Shown: positions 26,964 through 45,521, numbered from the stretch's first letter. The stretch: 64,000 nt of DNA from Eledone cirrhosa (GCA_964016885.1 OZ024741.1:126604001-126668000), one strand, 5' to 3'. Notes: generated from the sequence alone by a model not told the origin. Program-made: numbers and translations.

Positions 26964-27791
26964 AACAACTCAGGAATGAAGACATATATTATTGCCTAAT
27001 AGATTCTTAAATTTAGCTTTCTGGATATATATTGAATGTTCTTAACGCAATCAAATAATTGTCTATATAAGTCTTCATTCCTAAGTTATTGACTCTTCCA
27101 TATTCGCCTTCTATAATTACTATACTTGAATTTTTCCAAACATTCATCTCTGCCGCACTCTCATACATATTTGTAATTGATATATATTTGTTACGTTAAT
27201 CATAGACTGCAGATGTTATGTTCTCTACATTTAAAAATATCGGTTTCTAACTCTTGCTAGTAAAAGAAATAAAACATAATACTTGTGGTTAAAATTGTTC
27301 CAGGAAAGACACTGCAGTGCGAGATTGAAATCAAAGGCCGAAAACTGGAGTAAAATATAACAGAGGAGACTAGCTGGTTACCACCTTCACACTACTTAGT
27401 TTGTTACTTTGTAAACGGCGTCTGTAAACCCGAAATATTATGAAATATAATGTAAAAAGTGTAAACTGTTGTTTTGTATTGTTTATAATCTTGTTTCACT
27501 CCTTTATTTCTAACGTACATTGTATTGGCTCTCCTAAAACAAATGTAACCCTCTCCCTATCTCACAGTGCTTCATATCAACCACACTTAATATAAAATGT
27601 AGTTTTATACGAACAATGACTAAGCTCGGGGCTTATAAGAGGGAGAGAGTCAGCTGCCAGATTGTACCTGGCTGCAGAGTGTCAGTGAGGGGGAGGTGAA
27701 TATTTAACCAACCCCACAACAGAAATCTTACAGTTCATTTAAATATTGACGGTCCATGTCTTGCTATATATATATATATATATATATAATT

Positions 27792-28177
27792 AGAAAATGC
27801 GCAGTAGTTTCAGATGTTAAAGTTCTTTATTGATAATGTTGTGATACATATTTCAATGACGACAGTGGCCACACGATTCCGTGTACCCAGTGCCGTGACA
27901 TCATTAGACAGCTTCTTACATAATAAGGTTATGTTCCCGAGGCAATTCAAAGTGAAAGACACAGGGGAACCAACGAAGGATACAAGAACACACGCCTTGT
28001 CCATTCCCTTGTCGTTTCACATTGGATTGCCTCGGGAACGTAACCTTATGTAAGAAGCTGTCTGATGATGTCATGGCACTGGGTATATGGAATCGTGCGG
28101 CCACTATCGTCATTGAAATATGTATCACAGCATTATCAATAAAGAACTTTAACATCTGAAACTACTTCGCATTTTCT
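27792..28177. mobile_element. PLE-type fold-back (~175-bp arms) with an HHR in each arm
   Basis: 27792-27969 is the inverted copy of 28004-28177; (TA)n nearby on both sides. Confidence 0.75.
28057..28131 (+). ncRNA. Type I hammerhead ribozyme (mirror copy 27838-27912 on minus has CTAATGA)
   Basis: GCTGT-CTGATGA...GAAA-TATGTA-TC-ACAGC; 5-bp stem I, quasi-palindromic stem III, irregular stem II. Confidence 0.7.
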
Positions 28178-28462
28178 TATTCTAAATATACTCCGTTTTT
28201 CCTATGTGAAAAAATAGGCTGAGTGCTTGAATTGAATTGCATCAATGTTTACCGTAAGTATATATATATATACATATATCGAAACCAGTTTGTTTTCTTA
28301 TATGTATATATGCGTGTGTTATGCTAGTTTATATGTGCAAAGACACACCTATCTGACGAGATGTCAAAAAGGAGTCGAGCTCCCGGTCTGAGTTGATCGA
28401 CATCGAAACAGTTATAATATGCCAATAAAGTTTGTACATATGCTACAACACTGACGACTTCG

Positions 28463-29244
<782 letters not shown>

Positions 29245-30443
29245 CGAAGTCAGTGTTGTATCATATGTACAAACTTTATTGGCATATTATAACTGTTTCG
29301 ATGTCGATCAACTCAGAGTACAATCAAGAAGACCGGGAGCTCGACTCTTTTTTGACATCTCGTCAGATGGGTGTCTCTTTGCACATATAAACTAGCATAA
29401 CACACGCATATATATATATAAGAAAACAAACTGGTTTCGATAGACGTAAACATGCCCAACACTTCAGATGTCTCTCTGTTCGTTATGTGGTGTGTAACAA
29501 TGTACCACTTAGTTAAACCGTTTATGAAGAGGGCATGTTTATACTGTCACCATCTGCGCACTGTCTGTCTACCTATATATATATAGTCACCATCTTCACA
29601 CTATATCTATCTATTCAGTCAAAATCTACTCCAAAGATACCCAGTAGAAATGTGGATAATTAAAAACACAATAAAATGATTTGTAATAAATGTACCTGTT
29701 ATGAATTACTTTGTGGTGTTTGGCATTTCTTTTCAGTTTTACTTTGTTTTCCCACTTTGACAGTTATATATAAATTTTCTTACGAATTTCAACTAGTATT
29801 TTGTCACATTTTGAAACAGAATCTTGCTTTCTCGGCACATTTAATCACATCTCACCGCGCACTGTTTTGGAACTATTGGACTTGAGTCCGTCAGGTAACT
29901 ACTAGCATCTTATGAAGACTTATGAAGATCAAATACATATTGACCAAATCGATTTGTTTCGCCAACAACACTTCAAAGTTTTCAGTGCTAGTATTGTTGT
30001 ATGTACACATATACTAATTAGTTAAACCGTATATCGAGATGACGTGTTTATCTATAATAATCACCAACTGTATACTTTGTCTATCCATATATATATTATG
30101 AATGAAAGCGGCAGTAAGAATAAGTCAACACTACTGATGATGAAACTGTGAAAGTGTAGAAACATTAAACTAGGGATTTACAATGTCTGTTTGTCTGTCT
30201 GTCTGTCCTATCACTAAAATTCGGGAACCACCCAACCGAGTTTTTTAAAACTTTACACATGTAATACTGATGGTTCCGTGAGTGTTTTGAGCAAAACAAA
30301 TTCAAATTTTCAATGCCCTAGGGACCGCATTAGGTGATTTAGCGATCTCTCTCTATAATTCTTAGTCTTTCTCTTTTTAGATAAATACATAGATATAACG
30401 TTGCGCTCTTATAATATCTGTCTGCATAACGTCATTATGACGC

Positions 30444-30478
<35 letters not shown>

Positions 30479-30487
30479 GTATATATA

Positions 30488-30525
<38 letters not shown>

Positions 30526-30529
30526 TGTA

Positions 30530-30645
30530 ACGTTTTTCGAAATATTTACTTCTGCGTTCACAGATTTATTATTTTAGTTTCAGAAAATCCCGTTAAGGGT
30601 GAAAGCACCGATTTTTTGCTTAAACTTTAATCTGTTATTTTAATA
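30530..30645 (+). mobile_element. Short insert family H4 with A4-variant HHR motif (30576-30626)
   Basis: AGTTT-CAGAAAA-TCCCGTTAAGGGT-GAAA-GCA...TGC-TT-AAACT; other copies at 32938-33058, 43152-43230(-) and truncated at 7301-7348. Confidence 0.6.
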
Positions 30646-30706
30646 TATATATATATACATATAATTATATATATATATATAATTATATATATATATATAT
30701 ATATAT

Positions 30707-31699
30707 CGACTCCTTTCTCTCCTTCTTCTGCTCCTTCCACCCCTCCCTCCACTTCACCACCTCTATCTCCACCACCCGCGTCCACTTCTTAGACATCTCC
30801 GTCGCCTTCGACCCCTCCCACCACTCCCTCGTCACCTCTGCCTTCTTCAAACCCACCGACTCCCACTCCTACCTCGACTTCACCTCTTCCCACGCCACAC
30901 ACACTAAACACTCTATTCCCTACTCCCAACTCCTCAGGATCCGCCGCCTCTGTAGCCGAGATGCTGCCTTTGAGTCCCAGGCCCTTTCCCTAGTCAGCCA
31001 TTTCATCCGCAGAGGTTACCCCCCTCTCTCGTCCACACCGCTCTCACTCGCGCCCGTGCTGTCCACCGCTCCACCACCCTCACCCCACGCCACCGCACAC
31101 CCACTTACCGTCTCCCCTTCCCCATCACCTACCACCCCTCCACCATACCCCTCCACCGCACTATCCTCCGTCTCTTCCGACGCCTCCAGTCCGACCCCTC
31201 CACCTCCCACATGTTCCCAGCCCACCACTCCCCTCCTTCAAACGCGCACGCAATCTCCGCACCCTCCTCGTCCACAGCTCCCTACCCCCCAACCCGCGCT
31301 CTCTTCCCCCCGGTTCCTTTCCCTGTTCTAGGCCCCGCTGCAACACCTGTCCCCACATCATCAACACCACCACCTTCCAAGGTCCCAACGGCCACTCTCT
31401 CTCTGTCCGGCATGCCTTCCGCTGCACCTCCTCCAACCTAGTCTACATACGTCAGACAGACTGGACGTCGCCTGGCGGACAGATCTACTGAGCACCTCCG
31501 GGATATTCGTCTCGGTGGTAGTTCCCCCATCGCCCGCCACTTTGGTGCCCCTGGACATTCCGCACACCACCTCACAGTCTGTGGCCTACTCCAATGCCAC
31601 GGAACACCAGCCAATCTCCTAAGGGTCGAACAACGAACCATCTTCACCCTACAGACCCACACTCCCCCCAGCCTGAACTCCCCACCCTTATTCCTTTAG
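30707..31699 (+). mobile_element. Penelope-like element (Neptune-type) 3' fragment: RT C-terminus, Cys motif, degenerate GIY-YIG
   Basis: FLDISV...KPTDSHSYLDFTSSH...SIPYSQLLRIRRLCS...RGYP; FPCSRPRCNTC...CTSSNLVY...EHLRDI...IARHF...H...LN; starts at (TA)n. Confidence 0.88.
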
Positions 31700-31843
31700 C
31701 CTTCGACCGCCCTCCTCCCCCCACACATATCTCCCACTAACACACCGCTCCTTTTCACCGCCCACCCCACAACTAACAATACTAACACCTCCGCCCCACA
31801 TCCGATCAATGTGTATACAATTTTTCTTTGGGGGGACAACCTT

Positions 31844-31915
<72 letters not shown>

Positions 31916-32508
31916 AGAGAGATAGATAGATAGAGAGAGAGAGAGAGAAATACCTAAACATATGCGTGTGTTTTACCGAATGCAATAAAGGTAATTGGGT
32001 AGGAACTATACATATTTCGTTGCCACCACACATGTTATCGATTCATCCGGGTATGGTGCTGCAACTTGCACAGGTTTATTAAACATATTAGAATTACTAA
32101 TAACATCGCCGAAACAACTGTCTGCAACTGGTTCGTAGATTGAGCTTAACACCGAACAGAAACTAATAAAAACCATAATCACCTACACCTGGAAGTGATA
32201 ACATTTCATTGTTTTGCTTTTAATCGTCTCAATATCTGCCGTCTTTATATTCATGCTCACGGTTACTGTCTCTTTTGTGAGTAGATACTGTACACTATAG
32301 ACCTCATTTTTCTTGTAAAATGTTCATAACTGGGTGATTTTGTAATTTCATATGTTAACTTTCATAATAGGGTAAGTCAATTTGGGCGATTTTCACATTA
32401 ACAAGATAAGCAGTTTTCTTTCATTCATTATGGTCATCTGAAAGCTATTCTGAGAATCAGCCATTATTCTTTACTACAGTCTCTTCTGTGGATACACAGA
32501 CATGGATT

Positions 32509-32572
<64 letters not shown>

Positions 32573-32608
32573 ATATATATATATATGGGACCACCCATGT
32601 AAGCTCTC

Positions 32609-32674
32609 ATATCTGAAGAAGATCCGATCACATGATCACAACGAGCTGATCGATATGGAAACAAATTGTAATCT
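32609..32674 (+). ncRNA. Degenerate type I HHR next to (TA)n
   Basis: CTGAAGA...CGATCA/TGATCG...GAAA-CAAATTG-TA; weak stem I. Confidence 0.45.
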
Positions 32675-32981
32675 ATACTCTAAAGCTGACAGCGGCTGGA
32701 CCAAACAGCACCAAATTTGCACCATAGATGTGACTTTTTCCAAGTAAAAAAGTGAGGGTACTTTAGTCTACTGACTTTTGTTAAAAGATTAAAGACATTA
32801 TTTAAATATTCACTTCTTTAAAATTTTCAACTGTCAACACTTCCTTATATACGTCAATCCTCACTTTTTCTTATGACGTTGCTCAACATTGCCCTTTGTT
32901 TCTTAGTCTGTATGTCTGAATGTCTGCATTAGATAAGGTTTTTCGAAATATTTACTTCTGCGTTCACAGACTGATTTTTTT

Positions 32982-33032
32982 AGTTTCAGAAGATCCCGTT
33001 AAGGGTGAAAGCACCGATTATTTGCTTAAACT
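32982..33032 (+). ncRNA. HHR-like motif with CAGAAGA core (family H4)
   Basis: AGTTT/AAACT stem I, CCC/GGG stem II, AGCA/TGCT stem III, CUU triplet. Confidence 0.6.
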
Positions 33033-33139
33033 CTAATTTGTTATTTTAATATATATATTCGTGTACAGATAGTTTTGCATACACAAAAACAAAAACCTAT
33101 TTATTTCACGAAAGCACAGACGGTTTATCGTCATTGTTA

Positions 33140-34003
33140 CAGTTCGAGGTTAGAGGACCAGTCTGTCCAAGATCTGAGAACCATCAATGGCCATCAATGT
33201 TCCACTTATCGTTTGGCTTGCCAGATGCGTGGTATGTTACACGATGACAGCCATTGGCACCTCACCCTGCAAGAAGCAGCAACTGCTAAAGTCCCTTCTC
33301 AGCTGCGAAAACCTTTTGCTATTATGCTGCACAACTGCGATCTCGCCGACCCTCTCGCAATGTGGAACAACCACCGCACACGCAGACGCAATCCGAGCGT
33401 AACATACGATGTCGTTTTCAATGAGGCGCTCATTTGTCTTGAAAACATTGTCCTGGCGATTGGTGGTAGGCCTCTAAGTCACTACAGCTTACCTGCTCCT
33501 GACAGGAGTGTCCAGAGGTCAACGTCTACAAAGCTTCTCCGCGAGACGAGCTACAAAATCAGTGCTTCTCCCATGGTCAATTTTATGTAGGATGCTCTAG
33601 GGCTAGCTCGCCAAACAGTCTCTTCATCTTTGCTCCGGAGGGCCGAACAAAAAATATTGTATACTCTGAGGCTCTAACAATGTAATTTAAATATTTTCTG
33701 TTACTTGGAATTTCCATTATGGTTGTACAAATTGTTTGTTAAAAAATTTGTTCTCTGTTCAGCCTTGTTGTAACTATCATTCTTTAACGTACTGGCTGCT
33801 GAACTGGGGAATCCTAAAAACTATTCAAACCCAACATCAGAGCACGTTAATCCCCCCCCCCCCCCATCCGCCTCGCTGACTTGACAGGGCGTGCGGTAGC
33901 GGTATTTTTGCACAAGAGTGTAGGGGGGAGGGATTCCCGAAAAGATAAAATGTCGGTATACCTAGCTGGGCGCCAGCTGGACGCCAGCTGGACGGGCCAC
34001 TAG
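33140..34003 (+). mobile_element. Internally deleted Helitron (Rep-helicase linker coding remnant and 3' CTAG)
   Basis: DLRTING...TYRLAC..RGML.DDSHW..TLQEA...QLR..FAIML..C...P..MW is the typical Helitron RepHel linker; GC-rich stretch then CTAG followed by T at 34000-34004. Confidence 0.75.
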
Positions 34004-34044
34004 TATATAATAAAGTTTACAAAAAGTTGTAATTCTTATTGCTG

Positions 34045-34127
<83 letters not shown>

Positions 34128-35999
34128 GAAAGAGTAAACAAGGATTATTATACCATTTAATGGATTTACTAACACGAATATTCCATTCTTGCGAGAATTA
34201 CAAATAAATACCTCACATGTTTTATACATATAAAGATTTGGGTGCAAACGAACAATAAATGCAGTTAACGCATTATGTAGAATATGAAAATGTTAATATA
34301 AACAGCTTCATAAAATGTTGTATAACTAGTGGTTTTGTAGCGGAAATATGACTAGCTCTTCCAGATGCGAGTGAAATTTGAAATATATTTCCAGTGTTCT
34401 TGGTACCTAGACTACCTCCTTCGGAGTGAGTCCAGCGAGTGGAAATGGTTATTAATGTAATTTGTGCCTGGGGTACTACACGCCTGATAAGGTTCCCCAC
34501 ACACCGCCCGGACCTGTATCATTGAGGTACCGATTGTTTAATACTCTTTCTAATATTTTGATCATTCGGCCTCTTCCTTACACATACACCCACGCACACA
34601 ATTTCTTCGAGTTGGGCAACATGAGGCAACAGAAGACATCACTTCTGCAAAGGTCAAACTCAGAAACATATGGTTACGATGTGAATATTTTAACTATCAC
34701 ACAACCAATCCTGTTCTCATTATGTTATTGTGTGTGGGGTGGGTGGGAGGCTCTCTATTGGTTCTGATGATGAATTTTCTAGTTGTTTGGCTCTTAGAGA
34801 CAGCCTGCTCGTGAAATTATCGTGCAAGGGGCTTAGCTTTCCACAGACACGTGTGCACGTGTGTACCTCTCAGGGGGATTCAGTGTGACACAAGGCGGCT
34901 TTTAGAATTAGAGACACAACTCATTTTCTCCAGCTTAGGGGAATAGAGCAGCATGTGTTAAATTTTTTGTCGAAGAATATCTGGGAGTGGGACGTATGAC
35001 TTACCAGCCTAACCACCACAAAACCTCGTGCATTCATTTGCGTTCGTTATAGATTTACGATATTTCTAATATCGTATATATATATTTTCTTTTATTTTTC
35101 AAGATATCATCTTTCATATAGCATCTTTCAAAAAGCCATTTCTCTATGTGCTGTTATTTGGCTTTATGTAAATCTATATTTCTCTCTCTCCCACCTCTCT
35201 CCCGCCACCCCCTCCTCCTTCCCGTCCCCCATAACTCTTTTCTCTTCCCTCCCTCACCTCCCGCCTCCAATTCCCCCTTTTGTCCTCTATCTCTCTCTCC
35301 TATCTCCCCTCTACCCTCTCTCTCTCCTATTCTCCTCCCTCCTATATCTTTCTCCCTCCCTCTCCATCTCCCCCCACCCCACATCGCTCCCCCATCCCTC
35401 CCTCTGTCTACCCCCTCTCTCCCCCTAAACCGCCCTCTCTCTCTCAGCCCCCCACCCTATCTCAGCCCTCTCTCCCTCACCCCCTTTTCAAATTCACATG
35501 TAAATACCGACGTAGGTATAGAAGTGCTGATTCTAATAAAATAGACAATAAACCCCCGAAGATGTTGTCTTTGAATGGCAGCTGTGTAAGGGCTAAGACC
35601 ATTAAATTTAAAAGTGAAAGTTTCTAAATGTCAAATGCCATTGGAGTTTCTAAACCATGAGTAATTACATTTTAAGTGATTTTTGTGGGGGCTATGATTT
35701 ATATATCTCAATGTTTTAAATGTGATACAGGAAACACTAGTTAGAATATACATTATCCGTTGATTGCACGTCTTTATCCACCTACGTTCAACAGATCAGC
35801 TGCATACTTGACGTTCATAAAAGTCCAATATGAGATTCACATGGTATTTATATTATATCAAACAATATATTTTAACCACTTCACGCAGCAGATTACATAC
35901 AAATATGAGAGGGTAATAAATTGACTTCCTTTCTTCAGTTTACATACTCATTATTTATTTTTCCTTTCTTTTCCCTTTCTCTTTCCTTTCTTCTTTCTT

Positions 36000-36610
36000 T
36001 CTTTTTTTCTTCTTCTTCGTGGGAGCAGGGACCTCAGACACGCCTTCCAGAGGGTCCTATCAGAAGCAATCATTTCAACTTGGTCCCACTGAATCTCCAA
36101 ATGCGACCAGCCGAGCCCATAGAGGTTATCCCACCATCTTGCTCGGGGTCTAACCCCGGGTCTCCTACTGCTAGCTTTACTCGTAAAATCTGTCCAGCGA
36201 TTCTTTCCTTAGGCATTCTAACCACATTCCCGCTATATTGAAACTGTGATCTCTCGATTCGTAAAAGTAGCTAGCGGCTCTCTGATCTTTAAGCTACGCA
36301 CTCCATAAAGTAACCTTACTCCAAAGACCAAAGACTTTTTGAAGGAACTCCATTTTGGCCGCTTGCATTTGCGATGGTATTCTTTCGGTCATTACTCAAG
36401 ATCCATAACCATAGGTTAGGGTAGGCACAAATACCGAATTAAAGATAGCGCGTTTGCTTTTTACACCTACCATTCATTCTGATGACCGAGTGCTTAAGCT
36501 AGCGCATTAGTACTCCAGCTTGTGCAATTCTTGCATTTAATTTAGCCTCTAACATTCAATCACTAGTGAGAGAGGCCCTAATATACTTGAACTTTTCCAC
36601 CTGCTTCGCC
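36000..36610 (-). mobile_element. RTE-clade LINE 3' fragment
   Basis: Minus strand QVEKFKY...IFNSVFVPTLTYG...MQAAKMEFL...RIERSQ...VVRMP.ER, disrupted. Confidence 0.7.
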
Positions 36611-37500
36611 TTTTTTTCGTATACTTATTCGTTCTGAAAGCGACCACATGACCGAATGCTTAAGAAATTTGCTTCACAAGATCTCGTGTTCAATTCACTC
36701 GTGTCTTACCTTGCACATGGACAGACACATGTCTTGTGAGTCAAATTGGTTTGACGGAGACTATTTGGAAGCTTGTTGGATAAACTCTACCTATAATACA
36801 AAAGTTTGATCATGTCACATAGTATCCCTTTGAATCTCCCTCAGAATTACGGTATGGGTATACGTGTCTAAAATAGACGTAAATTTCATGGAAAGGCTGT
36901 CTGTTGTCCGAACAACAGAAAAGCTCATCGTTGAAACCGATCGAAGTCCATCGTATTAAATATTAAGTAGGAATGTGTGTGTTTATTTATGACCCATGAA
37001 CTAGTGGTTCTACAAATAGAGCTCGATAAAATAGGTACTAGGCTTGAAAAAATAATTACTAGTGTCAATGTGATCGACTAAAATAAAATCTTTGAATGTA
37101 GTGGACTGGAATGACTGTGTTCTAATGACAAATCTATAAAAGAACGTGTGCGTGTTATTATGTATGGACCCGTAGATGAGAGAGAGAGGGAGGACATAAA
37201 AACGACATATAGAGGAGGGTATTGGAACCAGTAAAGCACTGGTACTTATTTTTATTGACTTCAAATGAATGAAATACAAAGTTGAGATCTGTGGCACTTG
37301 AACTCGCAGAGCGCCGAAACGAATACTGCAAATTATTCCATCTGACGTTCAAACGACTCTGTCAATTCGCTGCCTGTAATAATTATTAATAATTATAAAA
37401 AAAGCAATCAACGAGCGAAATAATTCAATACTTAAAATACAATGATAATATATTTAATGTATGCATATATGTAATTATGTATGTTCCTATAGCTTTGTAT

Positions 37501-37714
37501 TAATATATATACATATAAAGACATTCGTACTACATGAATCTTATTTAAATACACATATCCATTTAAATAAGATCCATGCAGTACGAATGTCTTTATATGT
37601 ATATATATTAACTTTTATTCATACAATCAAACATATATTCATATATATGTATACACACACATCAAACACACACACATCTACATGCATATATGTTTGATTG
37701 TATGAATAAAAGTT
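37501..37714. repeat. Two adjacent hairpins
   Basis: 37501-37550 / 37561-37610 (48 of 50 match) and about 37611-37636 / 37688-37713. Confidence 0.8.
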
Positions 37715-38475
37715 CGAGTGCACAAATACACGCACATATTATTAACATTTACATATATGATTAGCACCTTTTAGATACAGACAACACAACACTGAATCAT
37801 AATCAATATTTGAATTAAATTTAATTACTGCAGCACCTAAAAACATTTCATTTTTAACACATTACGTTAAAGCTAACAAATATGTAAAATTTCCCCTTCA
37901 AATTATCTAATTGAATTTTTATTTTATATTTCCAATGAGTATTATGGGGATTCATTGATAGAGATTCATAGCTGTTGTTAAGAGTGAATAAAAATCGTAA
38001 ATTTATATATATAGAAATGTATGATAAGAGAAATGGATTGTGTGAATATAATACTTTGTGCATGTATTTTTTTTTTAAGAAATATATTTATAAATTGCAA
38101 TAACATCTAAAGTAGCGAGAATAAGACTTAGATATCTTGTAAAGTGCCATGAAGTTGCTTCATGTTAGTGTCGATTATGAATTCACAAAGAAATCGGTTA
38201 AAGCTTGATTACAGGACAAAAGAAAGTTCTGTAAATATATCCCCATAATAATCGTATTTTACAAAATATACTTAATAAATTCCAAGGATATATATTTATC
38301 TGATTATTGCTATTTAATTATCCGATAACTTATATAATATATATAATTATGTATCAGAATATTTATGTATATTCATCAGATATATCTTTATTTTTCAAAT
38401 ATTACACTTGATTTGCAAACATAATTTCGGCATCTAGGATACGAATAATATACATATATATACATATATACATAT

Positions 38476-42406
<3,931 letters not shown>

Positions 42407-42428
42407 ATATATATTATATATATATATA

Positions 42429-42604
42429 AGTTTATCCCGGTTTAAATCGGGGGTAACCACAGTAAGTAAGGTACTCAATACAAAGCAGAGTATAAATATT
42501 TAATATAGAAAAGCTTCTACACGACTAGAACTGTTTCATTCGGGAGAAATCATCAGGGCTTCCTGATGATTTCTCCCGAATGAAACACTTCTAGTCATGT
42601 AGAA

Positions 42605-42608
<4 letters not shown>
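42429..42608. mobile_element. Family H2 insert with head-to-head inverted HHRs
   Basis: Minus HHR 42513-42557 (lacks its 5' stem I strand) abuts plus HHR 42558-42605 (GCTTC-CTGATGA...GAAACA...TGTA-GAAG). Confidence 0.75.
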
Positions 42609-42639
<31 letters not shown>

Positions 42640-42644
<5 letters not shown>

Positions 42645-43003
42645 ATATTAAATAAATGGAAACTATATTTATAAAACCATATTTATTCTATTATATATAT
42701 TTCATGGTTACCAAAATGGTTCAAGATTTTATTGGATAGTCCAAGGAAAACTTGAACCGTGAAGGTATTTTCCTTGGTTATGTCAAAATTTATAAAACAC
42801 ACTTCCTATTTTATCTGATGAAAGCGTACCAAAGTTTTGGTACCCTTGAAATATATATAATAGAATAAATATGGTTCTATAAATATAGTTTCCATTTACT
42901 TAATATCATTGAATATTATACTCCAGAAAAACTGTCGAGTACTCTGAATCAGTTATAAACATGTATATTTGTTAAATTACCAACAAATTGAATATCACTT
43001 CTG

Positions 43004-43005
<2 letters not shown>
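42640..43005 (+). mobile_element. Family H3 fold-back insert in (TA)n
   Basis: 42640-42715 inverted to about 42835-42911; inner hairpin 42718-42758; homolog at 56224-56437 on minus. Confidence 0.7.
42807..42867 (+). ncRNA. Type I hammerhead ribozyme whose stem III is ATATATAT
   Basis: TATTTTAT-CTGATGA-AAG.GTACC/GGTAC.CTT-GAA-ATATATAT-A-ATAGAATA; 8-bp stem I. Confidence 0.8.
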
Positions 43006-43068
<63 letters not shown>

Positions 43069-43175
43069 ATAATAATAAATGTGAAGACTAAAATCCAAAG
43101 AGGGCTTGATAAGGATAAATATATATCAAATATATAAGAACCCTAGAGCAAATATTTATTAAAATAACAGATTAA

Positions 43176-43225
43176 AGTTTAAGCAAAGTGTCGCTGCTTT
43201 CACCCTCAACAGGATCTTCTGAAAC

Positions 43226-43226
<1 letters not shown>
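43176..43226 (-). ncRNA. HHR-like motif with CAGAAGA core (family H4)
   Basis: Minus: AGTTT-CAGAAGA-TCCTGTTGAGGGT-GAAA-GCA...TGC-TT-AAACT. Confidence 0.6.
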
Positions 43227-43283
<57 letters not shown>

Positions 43284-43285
43284 CA

Positions 43286-43367
<82 letters not shown>

Positions 43368-43527
43368 TGTATGTATATATATATATATATGTTATTTTAA
43401 TAAATATATATATATATACACACACATGTATGTATATTTGTGTTTGTGTAATTGGTAGTACCAATAAGACAGCGTTTAAGCTTAATAGGGGTGTATATAA
43501 AAACATTTACTATATTTGTATACACAA

Positions 43528-44359
43528 CTAGCATTAAATCCCGGCGTTGCTCGGGGTCAGTAAGTTACCAAAGTTATGTTGCACCACCCATTTTATGGCA
43601 GCACTTTTTGTCTGCCAGGCACTGGGTGAATGAATTGCAGACCTAGACTGCCGAAGCAGGAGCTGCGCCAGCAGTGACAATTGTAGTTTCGCCTATGGAT
43701 ATTATCTCTGTGCGAAGAAGTGTTGAAATTTATTGTTTCACAGTACTTGCGCAACACGGGCGTAGACGATGGCAGCCAAACAACAGAGCTGCGATGGAGT
43801 TGTTCTGCATGGTTGTCTAATGTGTGTTTTCTAAATTTAAGACAGTAGGGAGTGGTGTGATAGGGGGGAGAGTTAGCTGCTGTTTCTAGCAGGTTTAGTG
43901 ACCTCATAGAGGATATTATTGTTTTTAGTAAATGAACTGATACTTCTTTCATTCACGTTCGTTGATAGATGTTTTAAAAAAGATTTATCGCTATTTTTGT
44001 TGTTGTTGAATAAATTTATCTAATTGTTATTTCGGATGAAATGTAATAAGTTCTCTTTGTCATTGAAGTAAATAAATGTTTGACCGTTCCACACTCAAAA
44101 ACAAACGTTCTCTCTCTCTCTATCTCCCTCTCACTCTCTCTCTCTCTGTTAAAGTTTAAGGGGAGTAGAGAGAGGTAATCTGATTGTATTAGAGGGGTAA
44201 AGCGTCATGTATATAGTTTTATCGATTATTTCCGTAACTGTGGGTGAGTGTGAATGAAATAAATAGTCGTTGATATAAGTTGGACCATTTACAACATTCC
44301 TACAGACTTTGAGTCCAATCGGTTTGAAATTGTGCAAATGTATAAAGATGGAACATGCG

Positions 44360-44437
<78 letters not shown>

Positions 44438-44472
44438 AACAACAACAATCTGCCTTTTATAGATAATGATGA
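43528..44472 (-). mobile_element. Non-autonomous Helitron sharing its 3' end with 23757-24756
   Basis: Same CCCGAGCAACGCCGGG hairpin plus CTAG-T; 5' TC...TCTATAAAA followed by a microsatellite; different interior. Confidence 0.7.
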
Positions 44473-44804
44473 TAAATATATCGGTAGCCACGCTATCAAA
44501 GAAAATTATTTTTCGTAACGAGAAAATTATTTTTCGCTGTGAATAGCAGTCGTAAATACCAGACACCCCTGTTTTAAGATGCGTTATTCTTTCATCAATA
44601 TCACCATAATCCGAATCTTGAAACAGCACTGTCTGGAATTTTCGACGGCTACAGCCATTTGGTGAGGTATTCACAGAGAAAAATAGAGAAAAACAATGAT
44701 CCGCTACGAAAATCTTTTCTTTTCTGATAGCGAGACTACCAATATGTTTATTGTATATAAACATATAGTATATGCTTTCATATACACTATCATTATATAT
44801 CCAA

Positions 44805-44990
44805 AGGTGGATTGGCAGTATTGGTAGAGGGTCAGACATCATGCTTTCCAGCATAATTACGTCCCTTAACGATCTGAGTTCAAATCCCACCGAGGTTAAC
44901 TTTGCCTTTCATCCTTACGGGGTCGATAAAATAAAGTACCAGTAATGTACTGGGTAATTGCTGGCCTTGTTCCAAAAAGTAGAAACAATT
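44805..44990 (+). mobile_element. S1 SINE
   Basis: Highly similar to 7835-8030. Confidence 0.8.
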
Positions 44991-45484
44991 ATATATATAT
45001 ATATATATATATTATAAAAATGACTTCTACACTAGGACTGTTTCATTCGTGAGAAATCATCTTCCCCTAGCAGTCAGTTCTATAATAATAAATTGAATAT
45101 GACTATATTCTAACAGTTGCCGCCTCCCGATGTACATCGAGATTTTACATATATGTGTAATATTTAATATGTGTGTAATACATATATATACATAATATGT
45201 GTGTAATACATATATATAATACATATATACACATAGGGTCACGCTGCCAATAGAAAACACACGCACCTGTTGATTTTTACTTTAATTTATTACACATTTT
45301 TGATGGATTGGTTTAATAACCGGATGGTTATTCATTTATTGTCAAAGCTCTTTCATCACACATTTTGTGACCTCCTCAGTCATAAATTGATTCTGTGTCT
45401 CTCCTCTATTCTGTCCTACACCGTCTTGTTTTTGTGTGTTGACAATAAATAAACAACTATACGGTTATTAAACTAACCAACCGG

Positions 45485-45521
<37 letters not shown>

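Noticed and set aside
29455-30095. Degenerate direct repeat about 510 bp apart
   Set aside because: Too diverged and no HHR found between the copies, so not counted as a monomer unit.
30131-30162. CTGATGATGAAAC resembling an HHR core
   Set aside because: No stem II between CTGATGA and GAAA and no convincing stems I or III.
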